A stretch of DNA of 58,660 nucleotides from a virus (Duplodnaviria; Caudoviricetes): positions 1 to 58,660 of the IMG/VR virus record IMGVR_UViG_3300047275_000458, one strand, 5' to 3'. The notes under the pieces are model-generated. The model searched no databases. It was not told where the DNA came from and was given only the letters and a program-made list of their open reading frames with translations. This document shows positions 18,947 through 28,113 of the stretch, piece by piece. Within the stretch, counting starts at the first letter, position 1, and every line of letters starts with the position of its first letter. A program made the translations under genes and the position numbers.

Positions 18947-19306
18947 ATGATTGGTCGCCTGATTGCAATATTGTTTCTAAGTCGTGAAGTTGCTCATAGA
19001 GAGCATCTGCGTACAAAATCATACGCACAACATATGGCACTAGGTTCGTTTTACGATAGCATCGTAGATTTGGCTGATAGCCTTGCTGAAGCATATCAAG
19101 GTCGTCATGGGATTATTCGAGATATCCCACAATTGCCGTTAGATAGTAAAGGCGAGATTGACGATATTCTAGAGCGCCATTTAGATATGGTAGAGAAAAT
19201 TCGTTACACCGCGGTTGAGAAATCTGAGACCGCTTTGCAAAATATTATTGACGAAGTAGTATCACAATATTTATCGACTTTATATAAATTACGAAATTTA
19301 CTGTGA
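18947..19306 (+). CDS. Ferritin/Dps-like four-helix protein (DUF5856-like)
   Basis: H..H..T.SYA.H.ALG.FYD....L.D...E.YQG and NIIDE.......TLYKL motifs. Confidence 0.7.
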   Translation: MIGRLIAILFLSREVAHREHLRTKSYAQHMALGSFYDSIVDLADSLAEAYQGRHGIIRDIPQLPLDSKGEIDDILERHLDMVEKIRYTAVEKSETALQNIIDEVVSQYLSTLYKLRNLL

Positions 19307-19761
19307 GTGATATTGATCCAATACTTACTGCGGCAAAAGGTGCGGCACAAGGCATCAAATCAGCAATTCAGTCGGGCAAGGAGTTGTCGTCTGCCGTAGA
19401 TGATATTCAGCGTCTAGGTGTAGCCGAGTTACAAGCCAAGCAGGCGTATAAGAAAAAGCAGAGGTTTGTTACAGGAGATACTACAATTATGACTGCCTTC
19501 GCTGAGTGGCGCAGATTAAAGCAAATTAAAGAAGCAGAAAACGAATTAAAGGATAGTTTAATTGAGCGGTACGGCAAGTTTGAGGCCGAGAAGGAATGGG
19601 TTGAGATTCTGGCGATTAAAGAACGCCAGATGAAGGAAGTAAAAGACGGCAAAGACGAGTTTGGTAGGGATCTGGCTAAATTAAGACTTTTAAAGGTCTG
19701 GTGCTTCACCATATCCTTCTTTTTGGTAACTATTTATTATATTGCTAAGGGGCATTTATGA
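19303..19761 (+). CDS. Hypothetical protein with a C-terminal TM helix
   Basis: Coupled start/stop overlaps; coiled coil plus hydrophobic tail. Confidence 0.65.
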   Translation: MSDIDPILTAAKGAAQGIKSAIQSGKELSSAVDDIQRLGVAELQAKQAYKKKQRFVTGDTTIMTAFAEWRRLKQIKEAENELKDSLIERYGKFEAEKEWVEILAIKERQMKEVKDGKDEFGRDLAKLRLLKVWCFTISFFLVTIYYIAKGHL

Positions 19762-20198
19762 TTCCGTTTGCCGCGCTATTATCGATCGGTGAAAAAGTTC
19801 TAGACAAGGTTTTGCCAGATCCTGCAGCTAAAGCAGAAGCTCAAGCTAAACTTATGGAGTTGGCGCAAAAAGGGCATTTGGGTGAATTAGAAGCCATGGC
19901 AAAAGAAATGGAATCGGCCCGTAATCGGGAGGTTCAAATTGCTACAAGCCAGTTTGCCCCAATAATCAATAAGATTGTTACTCCTATTTTGGCTCTTGGC
20001 ACGGTAGCCCTGACCTTTATTTTGTTCTTGGTGATTATATTTGTGGAAGTAAACACCCAGTCCAAAGACATTCTTATCTACGTTCTAGGCGCCTTGACCT
20101 CGGCCATGACCATGGTCTTGGGCTATTATTTTGGGTCTAGTCAAGGCAGTAAGGAAAAATCCATGCAACTTGACGAAATCATGGATAAGAAGAAATGA
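19758..20198 (+). CDS. Holin-like protein (3TM/GTA-holin type)
   Basis: LDKVLPDP..KAEAQ.KL, two TM helices, YYFGSS; directly upstream of endolysin. Confidence 0.7.
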   Translation: MIPFAALLSIGEKVLDKVLPDPAAKAEAQAKLMELAQKGHLGELEAMAKEMESARNREVQIATSQFAPIINKIVTPILALGTVALTFILFLVIIFVEVNTQSKDILIYVLGALTSAMTMVLGYYFGSSQGSKEKSMQLDEIMDKKK

Positions 20199-20659
20199 AC
20201 CTAACAACTAACTTTACCTTGTCTGAGCTAGTCAAAAGCGATACAGCTTTGCGGCATGACATGGATAACACCCCTGGAGAAACAGAAATTGAAAATCTTC
20301 GACAATTATGTGAGCAGGTTCTTCAACCTGTTAGAGACTATTTCCAGAAGGGGGTCAAGTGTAACTCCGGCTATCGCGCCCCCGCCGTTAATCAAAAAGT
20401 TGGTGGAAGCCCAACGTCAGACCACTGCAAAGGGCAAGCGGCGGACATCGAAATCCCAGGCATCGCCAACGCGGACCTCGCCAAGTGGATCACGGAAAAC
20501 CTCAACTTCACGCAAGTCATCCTCGAGTTCTACACGCCAGGTGTCCCGGACAGCGGCTGGGTTCACGTCAGCTACGACCCGCAAAACCTTAAAAAGCAAA
20601 CCCTAACTGCCACAAAACAAAACGGAAAAACCGTCTACTTACCAGGCCTTGTAGCATAA
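20195..20659 (+). CDS. Endolysin, peptidase M15 family
   Basis: NF.L.EL..S, SGYR, S.H..G.AAD, W.H.SY zinc-peptidase motifs. Confidence 0.9.
   Translation: MNLTTNFTLSELVKSDTALRHDMDNTPGETEIENLRQLCEQVLQPVRDYFQKGVKCNSGYRAPAVNQKVGGSPTSDHCKGQAADIEIPGIANADLAKWITENLNFTQVILEFYTPGVPDSGWVHVSYDPQNLKKQTLTATKQNGKTVYLPGLVA
20403..20606 (+). CDS. Overprinted +1-frame Ser/Thr/Arg/Lys-rich protein inside endolysin (start uncertain: 20256, 20289 or 20403)
   Basis: Only 3 of 66 endolysin codons from 20408 end in T, none in the first 44; the frame closes at TAA 20604-20606. Confidence 0.55.
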   Translation: MEAQRQTTAKGKRRTSKSQASPTRTSPSGSRKTSTSRKSSSSSTRQVSRTAAGFTSATTRKTLKSKP

Positions 20660-20692
20660 CAGGTCTTGGTTTTATTTTATGAGGAGTAAATA

Positions 20693-21937
20693 GTGGCGCA
20701 AAAACCGCTAACGGATGAGCAACTTTTAGAAGCTGTGGAAGCATATACAAAGCATCGCGGTAACAGTGATCGAGCGGCTGCGTCTTTAAATATTAACGAA
20801 AGTACTTTTCGACACAGACTTGCAGAAGCTGAACGGCGTAAAACAGTAAAAAGTAAGCTGGCTACAGAAAACAATGAAGACGAGGGTTTTGATAAAGCAG
20901 CTTTACTTCACGACCAACTTCGTTCGCTTCGAGCACAACTTCATTCAGCCCGTAAAACCACGCTGGACGAACAGTATGTTCGAGAAAAGATTATTAAGTT
21001 GGCTGAATCTGAGAGTCTGTTGGAGATACCCAACTGGATGATCAAACCACTCAAGACTAAAAGTGTTACTGGAGTGCCGACCATATTTGCTTCTGACTGG
21101 CATTGGGGTGAGGTAGTTGACACTAAACAAATCAACGATGTCAATCGATATGATTTGCGCATTGCACAAGAACGAGCGCAAATATTAATTCAAACCGCAA
21201 CTGGGATTTTAAAAACCAGATTTGCCAATCCAGAATATCCCGGGATTGTATTTGCCCTCGGTGGGGACATGGTGTCTGGCGACATCCATGAAGAACTGTC
21301 TGTGTCAAACGAACGAGAGATTATGCCCATCGTTATTGACCTTTGGGGTATTCTGACTTGGTGTATCGAAACTTTGGCAAACGAATTCGGTAACGTATTT
21401 GTTCCGTGTGTTACAGGCAACCATGGTCGCAATACATACAAGATTCGAGCTAAGGGACGGAACTTTACCTCGTTTGATTGGCTGGTCTATAACTTCCTAG
21501 CCAAACGGTTTGAAAATGATCCGCGGGTTAGATTCTTGATTCCCGACGGGTCTGACGCTTATTTTCAGATTTATGGGCACCGGTATCTGCTTACGCATGG
21601 AGATCAGTTTCGTGGCGGGGATGGCATGATAGGTGCGCTTGGCCCCATTATTCGAGGCGACCACAAAAAACGTTCCCGCAACGCACAAATTGATACAGAG
21701 TATGATACTTTGTTACTAGGGCATTGGCATCAGTTAATTCAGTTACAGCGGTTAATCGTCAACGGTTCGCTTAAGGGCTACGATGAGTATGCGTATCAAA
21801 ATAACTTCCCGTTTGAGCCACCCCGACAAGCCTTGTGGATAACTCACCCAGAACACGGAATTACCTTTTCTGCCCCTATACTAGTGGATAGAACCCCCAC
21901 CAAACGGTCGGGGACATGGGTTTCGTGGAAGGCTTAG
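20693..21937 (+). CDS. Calcineurin-like metallophosphoesterase with an N-terminal HTH
   Basis: SDWH, GGDMVSGD, GNHG, HGD, GHWH motifs; AAASLNINESTFRHRL HTH. Confidence 0.85.
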   Translation: MAQKPLTDEQLLEAVEAYTKHRGNSDRAAASLNINESTFRHRLAEAERRKTVKSKLATENNEDEGFDKAALLHDQLRSLRAQLHSARKTTLDEQYVREKIIKLAESESLLEIPNWMIKPLKTKSVTGVPTIFASDWHWGEVVDTKQINDVNRYDLRIAQERAQILIQTATGILKTRFANPEYPGIVFALGGDMVSGDIHEELSVSNEREIMPIVIDLWGILTWCIETLANEFGNVFVPCVTGNHGRNTYKIRAKGRNFTSFDWLVYNFLAKRFENDPRVRFLIPDGSDAYFQIYGHRYLLTHGDQFRGGDGMIGALGPIIRGDHKKRSRNAQIDTEYDTLLLGHWHQLIQLQRLIVNGSLKGYDEYAYQNNFPFEPPRQALWITHPEHGITFSAPILVDRTPTKRSGTWVSWKA

Positions 21938-21939
21938 GG

Positions 21940-22584
21940 ATGACACAGATTGAAATTAGCCTAGAAAAATTACCGCCTCACTTGCGAGCATGGGTAGAGT
22001 TCGAGATTGACGAGTGCTATAAACATGATGTGGATGCTAAGTTGCTGCGGAAAAAGCACGTCAAAATGGATGGCGTAAACTGTGCAGGTTATTTTTCAGA
22101 CCATGAACCTGAGTTAGTAGTTGCTTGTTACAAGCCTATGCTTGATTGGCTGCGAATCCTTGTGCATGAAACTTGCCACCGAGATCAGTGGTCAGAGAAC
22201 TGCAAATACTGGCGGCAAAAAGTAGATGGTTATGACCCCCTGGTTTGGCTACAAGAATGGCTTGATGGCGATATTTCCTTGAGGGGGGAGAAGTTGTCCA
22301 AGGTTTTGACCGGTAGTGCATTAGTAGAATTGGACTGTGAAGTACGATCGGTCAAGAAAATTAAGGACTATGAACTACCATTTGATCTATGTGATTACCG
22401 CAAAAAGGCAAATGCTTATGTTTGGTTTTACCAGTGTATGCGGTACACCAGAAGATGGTACGCCAAGGGTAAAGCTCCCCATGCCGTTCCTGTCGTTTGG
22501 CAGGCTATGCCGAATGATTTTGATAACGACTATAGCAAGATCCCTAGAAAATTCAAGGATCTTATGTTACAACACTGTTTTTAA
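21940..22584 (+). CDS. Zincin-like metallopeptidase
   Basis: HETCH (HExxH) with downstream ELDCE. Confidence 0.6.
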   Translation: MTQIEISLEKLPPHLRAWVEFEIDECYKHDVDAKLLRKKHVKMDGVNCAGYFSDHEPELVVACYKPMLDWLRILVHETCHRDQWSENCKYWRQKVDGYDPLVWLQEWLDGDISLRGEKLSKVLTGSALVELDCEVRSVKKIKDYELPFDLCDYRKKANAYVWFYQCMRYTRRWYAKGKAPHAVPVVWQAMPNDFDNDYSKIPRKFKDLMLQHCF

Positions 22585-22594
22585 CTGGTACAAT
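22566..22594 (+). promoter_or_regulatory. Possible extended -10 promoter
   Basis: GTTACA, 17 nt, TACAAT with TGn extension. Confidence 0.45.
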
Positions 22595-22623
22595 GTACCG
22601 CCGCTTAGTATAAGGAGAAAAGC

Positions 22624-22869
22624 ATGGTGATGTCTGTAGAGCAGTTTTTAGAGAAAACAAAATGCGAATTGGTTTGTGATCAAATGATTGTTGGGCTTGG
22701 GCCAAACCGTAAAATGATTGGGTACATGAAAGAGGGTACATTTACCATTACTGACGAAGGGTACGAGTATCTTGCTCAGCTTGATGCTCCTGCTGTAGAA
22801 GAAGTCGAAGACAAGCCCAAACGTGGGCGTCCTCGTAAAGAAACAACAGAAGAGTCTGTTACAGACTAA
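22624..22869 (+). CDS. Small protein with an AT-hook-like KPKRGRPRK
   Basis: TAAGGAG SD; motif. Confidence 0.7.
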   Translation: MVMSVEQFLEKTKCELVCDQMIVGLGPNRKMIGYMKEGTFTITDEGYEYLAQLDAPAVEEVEDKPKRGRPRKETTEESVTD

Positions 22870-22885
22870 GTAAGGGGTTAGGGTC

Positions 22886-24706
22886 ATGCCTTCAATAAAA
22901 CTGGAAAACTTTTCAGGAACTATTCCAAGGACGGGCCCTACCCAACTTCCGGATAATGCGGCACAAATTGCCAAGAATGTTCGGCTAACCTCGCTGGAAC
23001 TTCGTTCGTGGCAAAAAGAAACGCGAGTTTATCAGCCCGTTACTAATAACGTTCAAAGTATTTACCGGTTGACTAATGAGGCAACTGGGGCTTCGGTTTG
23101 GCTTGAGTGGGCGGCAAATGTGGATGTGGCTCCAAGTCCGATTGCCGACGATACAGATTTTCGTATTTACTATACTGGGGATACTGCCCCCAAAAAAACA
23201 AACTGGGTTTTAGCAACATCGTCTGGGCTTGGTAGCCCGCCATTTCCTGACGCCTGGTTATATCTTGGCGTTCCTGCCCCCACAACTGCTCCCACCCTAG
23301 TATCTACTGGTAGTGGCGGTACTGCAGAAACTCGGGCTTATGTCTATACCTATATATCTACGTTTGGTGCTGTAACAGAAGAATCCGCACCCAGCCCTGC
23401 GGCTACAGTAAATACTCACGTTTCAGGTTCAACAGTTACTGTTTCTGGATTTGCAGCCGCGCCAACCACAGGCTACAACATCACTCACTGCCGTATTTAT
23501 CGTACGGTTACTGGCGGGGCGACAGTTAGTTACCAGTTAGTAGCAGAAATTCCCATTGCCACAGCAAGCTATGCCGATACGTTAGCAGTTGCTAACTTAG
23601 GACCCTTGCTGCAAACGCAAAGTTGGAATACACCCCCTACTGATCTACAGGGCATTGTGTCTATGCCTAACGGCATGATGGCAGGATTCCGAGACAACGA
23701 AGTCTGGTTTGCTGAACCGTACTACCCGCATGCTTGGCCGGATCTATATACCCTTGTGGTGGACTCTCGAATTGTTGGCTTAGGTGTGTATGATACAACG
23801 CTAGTTGTTTTGACCGAACGCCAGCCATATCTAATTACTGGTTCTAGCCCTCTGGCTATGTCTCAGACTAAGTTGCCAGTTCCACAGCCGTGTGTTTCGA
23901 AACGATCTATTGTGTCAGATCAGTTTGGTGTTTTGTATGCAAGCCCCAATGGCTTAGTCTCTATATCTCCCAGCGGCGTAGATGTTATTTCTCAGCGTTT
24001 GTACACACGTATCGAATGGCAAGCCCTAAACCCCAGTTCTATACAAGCCATGTTGTACAACAATCAGTATGTTGGCTTTTATACAGTCGGGGTAGAGACT
24101 AATGCAATTGTCCTCATCCGTAACGATATTCCGCCGTTATCTCAGTTGACCTTTAGTGGTCGTGCTCCATACGTAGATAAAAGCACCGGGAATATTTACG
24201 CTGTATCCACAATTGATAATGATATTTATCAGCTAGACGCTAGTGTTATTGACAACAGTTTGTTCGAGTGGAAGTCCAAACAGTTTGTTATGGCAAGCCC
24301 TACCAACTTTGGAGTGCTTAAAGTTCGAGCTGACTATGATTTAATTAGCAACACAAATGTTTATAATCAACTTATACAGGCAATTATTGCCGCTAACACT
24401 GCGTTGTGGGCTACATCGTCTAGCAATCTACAAGGGGTAATAAATTCAACCCCCCTAAATGTATACACACTTAATGGTTCTATTTTGATGGATTTGCCTA
24501 ATATTGCTGATACTAGGTCGGTCAACATTTTTGTATATGCCGAAGGCGTTTTGATTTATCAAGCTGCAATGACAAGTAACGAACCTGTCCGGATGCCAGC
24601 CGGGCAAAAAGCGTATATTTGGGAAGTGCTGATTTCTGGTAATGTGCCTGTGCGTATGTTTGGTATGGCAACAGATGTAACAGAATTGAAGAGCCTTGTA
24701 GAATGA
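22886..24706 (+). CDS. Tail tubular B / DNA stabilisation (P22 gp10-like) protein
   Basis: F.G.IPR.....LP..AAQ.A.N, FAEPY.PHAWP, CVSKRSIV, W.SK.F; precedes ejection genes. Confidence 0.7.
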   Translation: MPSIKLENFSGTIPRTGPTQLPDNAAQIAKNVRLTSLELRSWQKETRVYQPVTNNVQSIYRLTNEATGASVWLEWAANVDVAPSPIADDTDFRIYYTGDTAPKKTNWVLATSSGLGSPPFPDAWLYLGVPAPTTAPTLVSTGSGGTAETRAYVYTYISTFGAVTEESAPSPAATVNTHVSGSTVTVSGFAAAPTTGYNITHCRIYRTVTGGATVSYQLVAEIPIATASYADTLAVANLGPLLQTQSWNTPPTDLQGIVSMPNGMMAGFRDNEVWFAEPYYPHAWPDLYTLVVDSRIVGLGVYDTTLVVLTERQPYLITGSSPLAMSQTKLPVPQPCVSKRSIVSDQFGVLYASPNGLVSISPSGVDVISQRLYTRIEWQALNPSSIQAMLYNNQYVGFYTVGVETNAIVLIRNDIPPLSQLTFSGRAPYVDKSTGNIYAVSTIDNDIYQLDASVIDNSLFEWKSKQFVMASPTNFGVLKVRADYDLISNTNVYNQLIQAIIAANTALWATSSSNLQGVINSTPLNVYTLNGSILMDLPNIADTRSVNIFVYAEGVLIYQAAMTSNEPVRMPAGQKAYIWEVLISGNVPVRMFGMATDVTELKSLVE

Positions 24707-24915
24707 AAAAGCCTGGAATTCCTGCGGCGCATGGCGGCGTTGTTGATTCAAACCTTCAGCGTATGCTGGTTGCCATGAAGGAAAACTTGGAGATTATTAC
24801 TGGGGCTCGTCCTCAGGTGGGTGAAATTGCTCAGTTGTCTAGCACTGCAACAACTGCCGACATTATTGCGAAAATAAACGAGATTATTAGCCGTCTGAAC
24901 TTTAGTGGAAACTAG
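24703..24915 (+). CDS. Small tail-associated protein
   Basis: ATGA coupling; AMKENLEIITG, IIAKINEII. Confidence 0.6.
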   Translation: MKKPGIPAAHGGVVDSNLQRMLVAMKENLEIITGARPQVGEIAQLSSTATTADIIAKINEIISRLNFSGN

Positions 24916-24944
24916 TTTACAGTTTAGAACTAGTGTGTTATATA
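24916..24944 (+). promoter_or_regulatory. Possible sigma70 promoter for the ejection module
   Basis: TTTACA, 17 nt, TATATA with TG extension. Confidence 0.45.
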
Positions 24945-24961
24945 CATTACATGTGTAAAAT

Positions 24962-25387
24962 ATGAAATCAGTTATTTACGGGCAGGACAAGCAAGTAATT
25001 GATTGGGTTGGAAAACAAGTCGGAGAAGACGACTTTGGTAGCGGGGCGATAGGAATTGGGCTGGAAGAAGACGGTGAACTAATAGCTGGTGTAGTTTTTA
25101 ATTTGTACACAGGAGCGGGTATTTCAATGCATGTCGCCGCAGTACCGGGCAAACGCTGGATGACACGGGAGTATTTATGGCGCTGTTTCGCGTACCCATT
25201 TATCCAACTGAAGTGCAACCGCATTACCGGCCTTGTTCGCGTTGACAATATAGAAGCACAAAAATTTGATGAGCATTTGGGTTTTAAGCGAGAAGGGGTA
25301 CTTAGGCGAGCATGCACAGATGGTACAGATATGATTGTATACGGAATGCTTCGGGAAGAGTGCCGATTTTTGGAGATTAAACGGTGA
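24962..25387 (+). CDS. GNAT acetyltransferase-fold virion assembly protein (T7 gp13 / P22 gp14-like position)
   Basis: YPF.QL.C.RITG....N..A......LGFKREG.LR. Confidence 0.8.
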   Translation: MKSVIYGQDKQVIDWVGKQVGEDDFGSGAIGIGLEEDGELIAGVVFNLYTGAGISMHVAAVPGKRWMTREYLWRCFAYPFIQLKCNRITGLVRVDNIEAQKFDEHLGFKREGVLRRACTDGTDMIVYGMLREECRFLEIKR

Positions 25388-26514
25388 AATACGATCATTT
25401 TTCCATGTTGCCTGAACAGGCATTTCAATCTCGGAACGGATTGTTCGGAGGTATGACGCTTGAGGGTGGTAAAGGCGGCGGCGGTGCTCCCGCTCCAGAC
25501 CCTAATATTGGTAGGGCTCAGCGTGAAATGGCAGCAATTTCTAAGGAGTATTTAAATTCTTGGAAAACCGAAGTTTGGCCTACTCTTAAAGAACAATCTT
25601 TAAAACAAGAAGCTCGAGCAGACGAACAGTTTGAGCTAGACCGTGCCCTTCAAGATTTGCAGATGAAGTCCGCAAAAGAAAGCATGGAGCGATATGAAAA
25701 ATATGGATATCCGCTTCAAGAAAAAATTTTTGAAGAAGCCGAAAAAGCAGGTGGTGCCGAAGATCAAGAAAAGCAAGCCGCTCTTGCCCTTGGCGATGTG
25801 CGGTCTGCAACCCAACGTGAAGCACGTAATTTAGCTTTGCAACAACAAAGTTTTGGTATTGATCCTAGTTCTGGTCGATATCAAGGCATGATGCGAGCTA
25901 CTGGTGTTGATACTGCTGCAATGGAAGCGGCTGCTGCTAACCGTGCCCGTACTGCTGCCGAACAACTTGGTTGGGCTAAGCGAATGGACGCAACTGCTTT
26001 GGCTCAGGGTCAGTTTGGTAATCAGGCAACTTCTACCGGCCTAGCCCTTACTGCAGGTAATCAAGCACTTATGTCCGGACAGATCCCAATACAAAACGCT
26101 GGTGCTATGACTCAAAACATGGGCAGCGCTTACGGCGGGGCGATGCAAGGATGGAATCAAGTTGGACAACTTGGCGTCGATAAATACAAAGCTGACGTTC
26201 AAGCCTATAGTGCTAAACAACAAGCTGATGCGGCATTTGCTTCCGGTATTGGGCAAGCAGTTGGTACTGCTGCTGGAATAGGTATAAGGAGCTCTGATCG
26301 CCGACTCAAAACAGATATTCAACGCCTTGGTACACTAGAAAAATGGGATATTGGCGTTTACTCATTTAAATATGTTGATTCCCTTAAAGACAAATACGGC
26401 GATAAAACTTATGTTGGCGTTATGGCTGACGAAGTTGAACAAGTCCTACCTGAAGCCGTTATTACTATGGCTGATGGATACAAAGCCGTTAATTACGATT
26501 TAGTACTGGAGTAA
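25384..26514 (+). CDS. Ejection/pilot protein with a GGKGG motif and a C-terminal peptidase S74 chaperone domain
   Basis: TLEGGKGGGG near the N-terminus; SDRRLKTDI ... GVMADEV ... V...DGYKAVNY. Confidence 0.75.
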   Translation: MKYDHFSMLPEQAFQSRNGLFGGMTLEGGKGGGGAPAPDPNIGRAQREMAAISKEYLNSWKTEVWPTLKEQSLKQEARADEQFELDRALQDLQMKSAKESMERYEKYGYPLQEKIFEEAEKAGGAEDQEKQAALALGDVRSATQREARNLALQQQSFGIDPSSGRYQGMMRATGVDTAAMEAAAANRARTAAEQLGWAKRMDATALAQGQFGNQATSTGLALTAGNQALMSGQIPIQNAGAMTQNMGSAYGGAMQGWNQVGQLGVDKYKADVQAYSAKQQADAAFASGIGQAVGTAAGIGIRSSDRRLKTDIQRLGTLEKWDIGVYSFKYVDSLKDKYGDKTYVGVMADEVEQVLPEAVITMADGYKAVNYDLVLE

Positions 26515-26517
26515 ATT

Positions 26518-28098
26518 ATGGCGTTTAATTTTGGTGCATTTTTAGGCGGAGCAGCAAAAGCAGGTTTGCAGACATATCAGATGTTGTCTGAGGAAGAAGA
26601 ACGCGAGTTAATTAAGGAAGAACGTCGTCGCCGTATAGAAAAAGAACGTGCTATTGAAGCGGCAGGACGCGAAACCCTTGGACGAGCTGGAACGCAAACT
26701 GATTACACTGAAAGCATTCAAGGAGCGGCTGGTGTTGGTCCTCAACAAGCTCAAGCCCTTCAATCCAAAACTGATGACGCAGAGTTTGATCGCGCTGTAG
26801 CTCAATCTGCTGTTGACGTAATGCGAGAAGGTGCTGCGCGAAAGGGTGCGCTTCCAACAGGCCCCTCAACCGTAACGGCTAAAGAATACACTCAAGAACA
26901 AGCTGACAAAGATTATATTCGTCGTCTATCTGCTATTGATCCACGCCTTGGTCGACAAGCCAGGGTTGAAAATTTTCAAATTAAAGAACTAGAGCGCAAA
27001 GAAGCAGCGCAAAACAAGTTTAATGCTTCTATGGACAAATTAGACAAAGATCTTGCCACAATTGAAAGTGCGTTTGAAAGCAAAGGAATGCTTGGGCTAT
27101 ACGAAACGGCCAAGAAAAACGGGTTAAACGTCAAGTACGTAGAACCTAAGTCCGAAACAAATGCTTTGGCTACTATTCAGCTTATTGGTAAAGATGGCAA
27201 AGTCGAAAGAATTTTTACGTCTGGTTCGGAAGCTGCGGAAGCGCTTAGAGAAGCTCGGATGGGGCAATTTGAATCTGAAGCCATGAAGTTGCTAGGCGAT
27301 CCAAAATCTATTATAGACGCCATGCGAGCTAAACGAACAGAAGGACGCGAAGATCAGCGTCTTGGTATGGAGCAACAGCGTTTAGAAATGGAGCTAAAAA
27401 CAAATCCTGCAAGAATTGAGCAAATTCGTGCATCAATTAGTGCTTCTAATGCCTCTGCTCGTGTGTCAAATCTACAAGCAGATAAGCTGCGAGATATGCA
27501 GTCCATGAACGCTCAAATGGAAGAATTGCTAAAAAATCCAAAAGAAAATGCATCAGCTATTATACAGTTGGCTTCCCGTATGGAACTTCGGTTCCCAGAT
27601 GTATATACCCGTACTGGCCCTGTTAGAGATTCTGAAGGTAATCAAACGCAAGTTACTACTGGTATTTTGGGTAATGTAGTAAAAGGAACTTTGAAAGCCT
27701 CAGGAGTTGCCATTCTTCCGACGCAATCTTTGCCTATACTGCGTGACGCTGCTGCAGCGGCAAAAGGTGATTCTAAAAAGTTTTTAGCAAGCCAAGCCGC
27801 AAAAACAGCAATGGGGTTAGGAGCTACACCTGAAGATTTAATTAAAGATTTTATGCCGCAGGCTGCGCCTACTAAACAACCTCAATCGGCAATCCCTGCA
27901 CCTTCTACTACGAATAATGCAGCAGAATCTTCTAGCGTAGCTTCTAGTGGTAGAGGAGCTACTGTAACCCCTAATATTCCTCCGCCCCCTCCTCGAACTA
28001 TACAACAACAAACTAGAGGTGGTATTGTCGATACTGGCAGACCAAATCCAGAGTACGAAGCATGGGAACGTAAATACGGTAGGTACCAAACACAATAG
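26518..28098 (+). CDS. Internal virion / DNA ejection protein
   Basis: FNFGAFLGG start, coiled-coil rich, between pilot and giant protein. Confidence 0.6.
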   Translation: MAFNFGAFLGGAAKAGLQTYQMLSEEEERELIKEERRRRIEKERAIEAAGRETLGRAGTQTDYTESIQGAAGVGPQQAQALQSKTDDAEFDRAVAQSAVDVMREGAARKGALPTGPSTVTAKEYTQEQADKDYIRRLSAIDPRLGRQARVENFQIKELERKEAAQNKFNASMDKLDKDLATIESAFESKGMLGLYETAKKNGLNVKYVEPKSETNALATIQLIGKDGKVERIFTSGSEAAEALREARMGQFESEAMKLLGDPKSIIDAMRAKRTEGREDQRLGMEQQRLEMELKTNPARIEQIRASISASNASARVSNLQADKLRDMQSMNAQMEELLKNPKENASAIIQLASRMELRFPDVYTRTGPVRDSEGNQTQVTTGILGNVVKGTLKASGVAILPTQSLPILRDAAAAAKGDSKKFLASQAAKTAMGLGATPEDLIKDFMPQAAPTKQPQSAIPAPSTTNNAAESSSVASSGRGATVTPNIPPPPPRTIQQQTRGGIVDTGRPNPEYEAWERKYGRYQTQ

Positions 28099-28113
28099 CG
28101 TTAAAGGTAGGCA

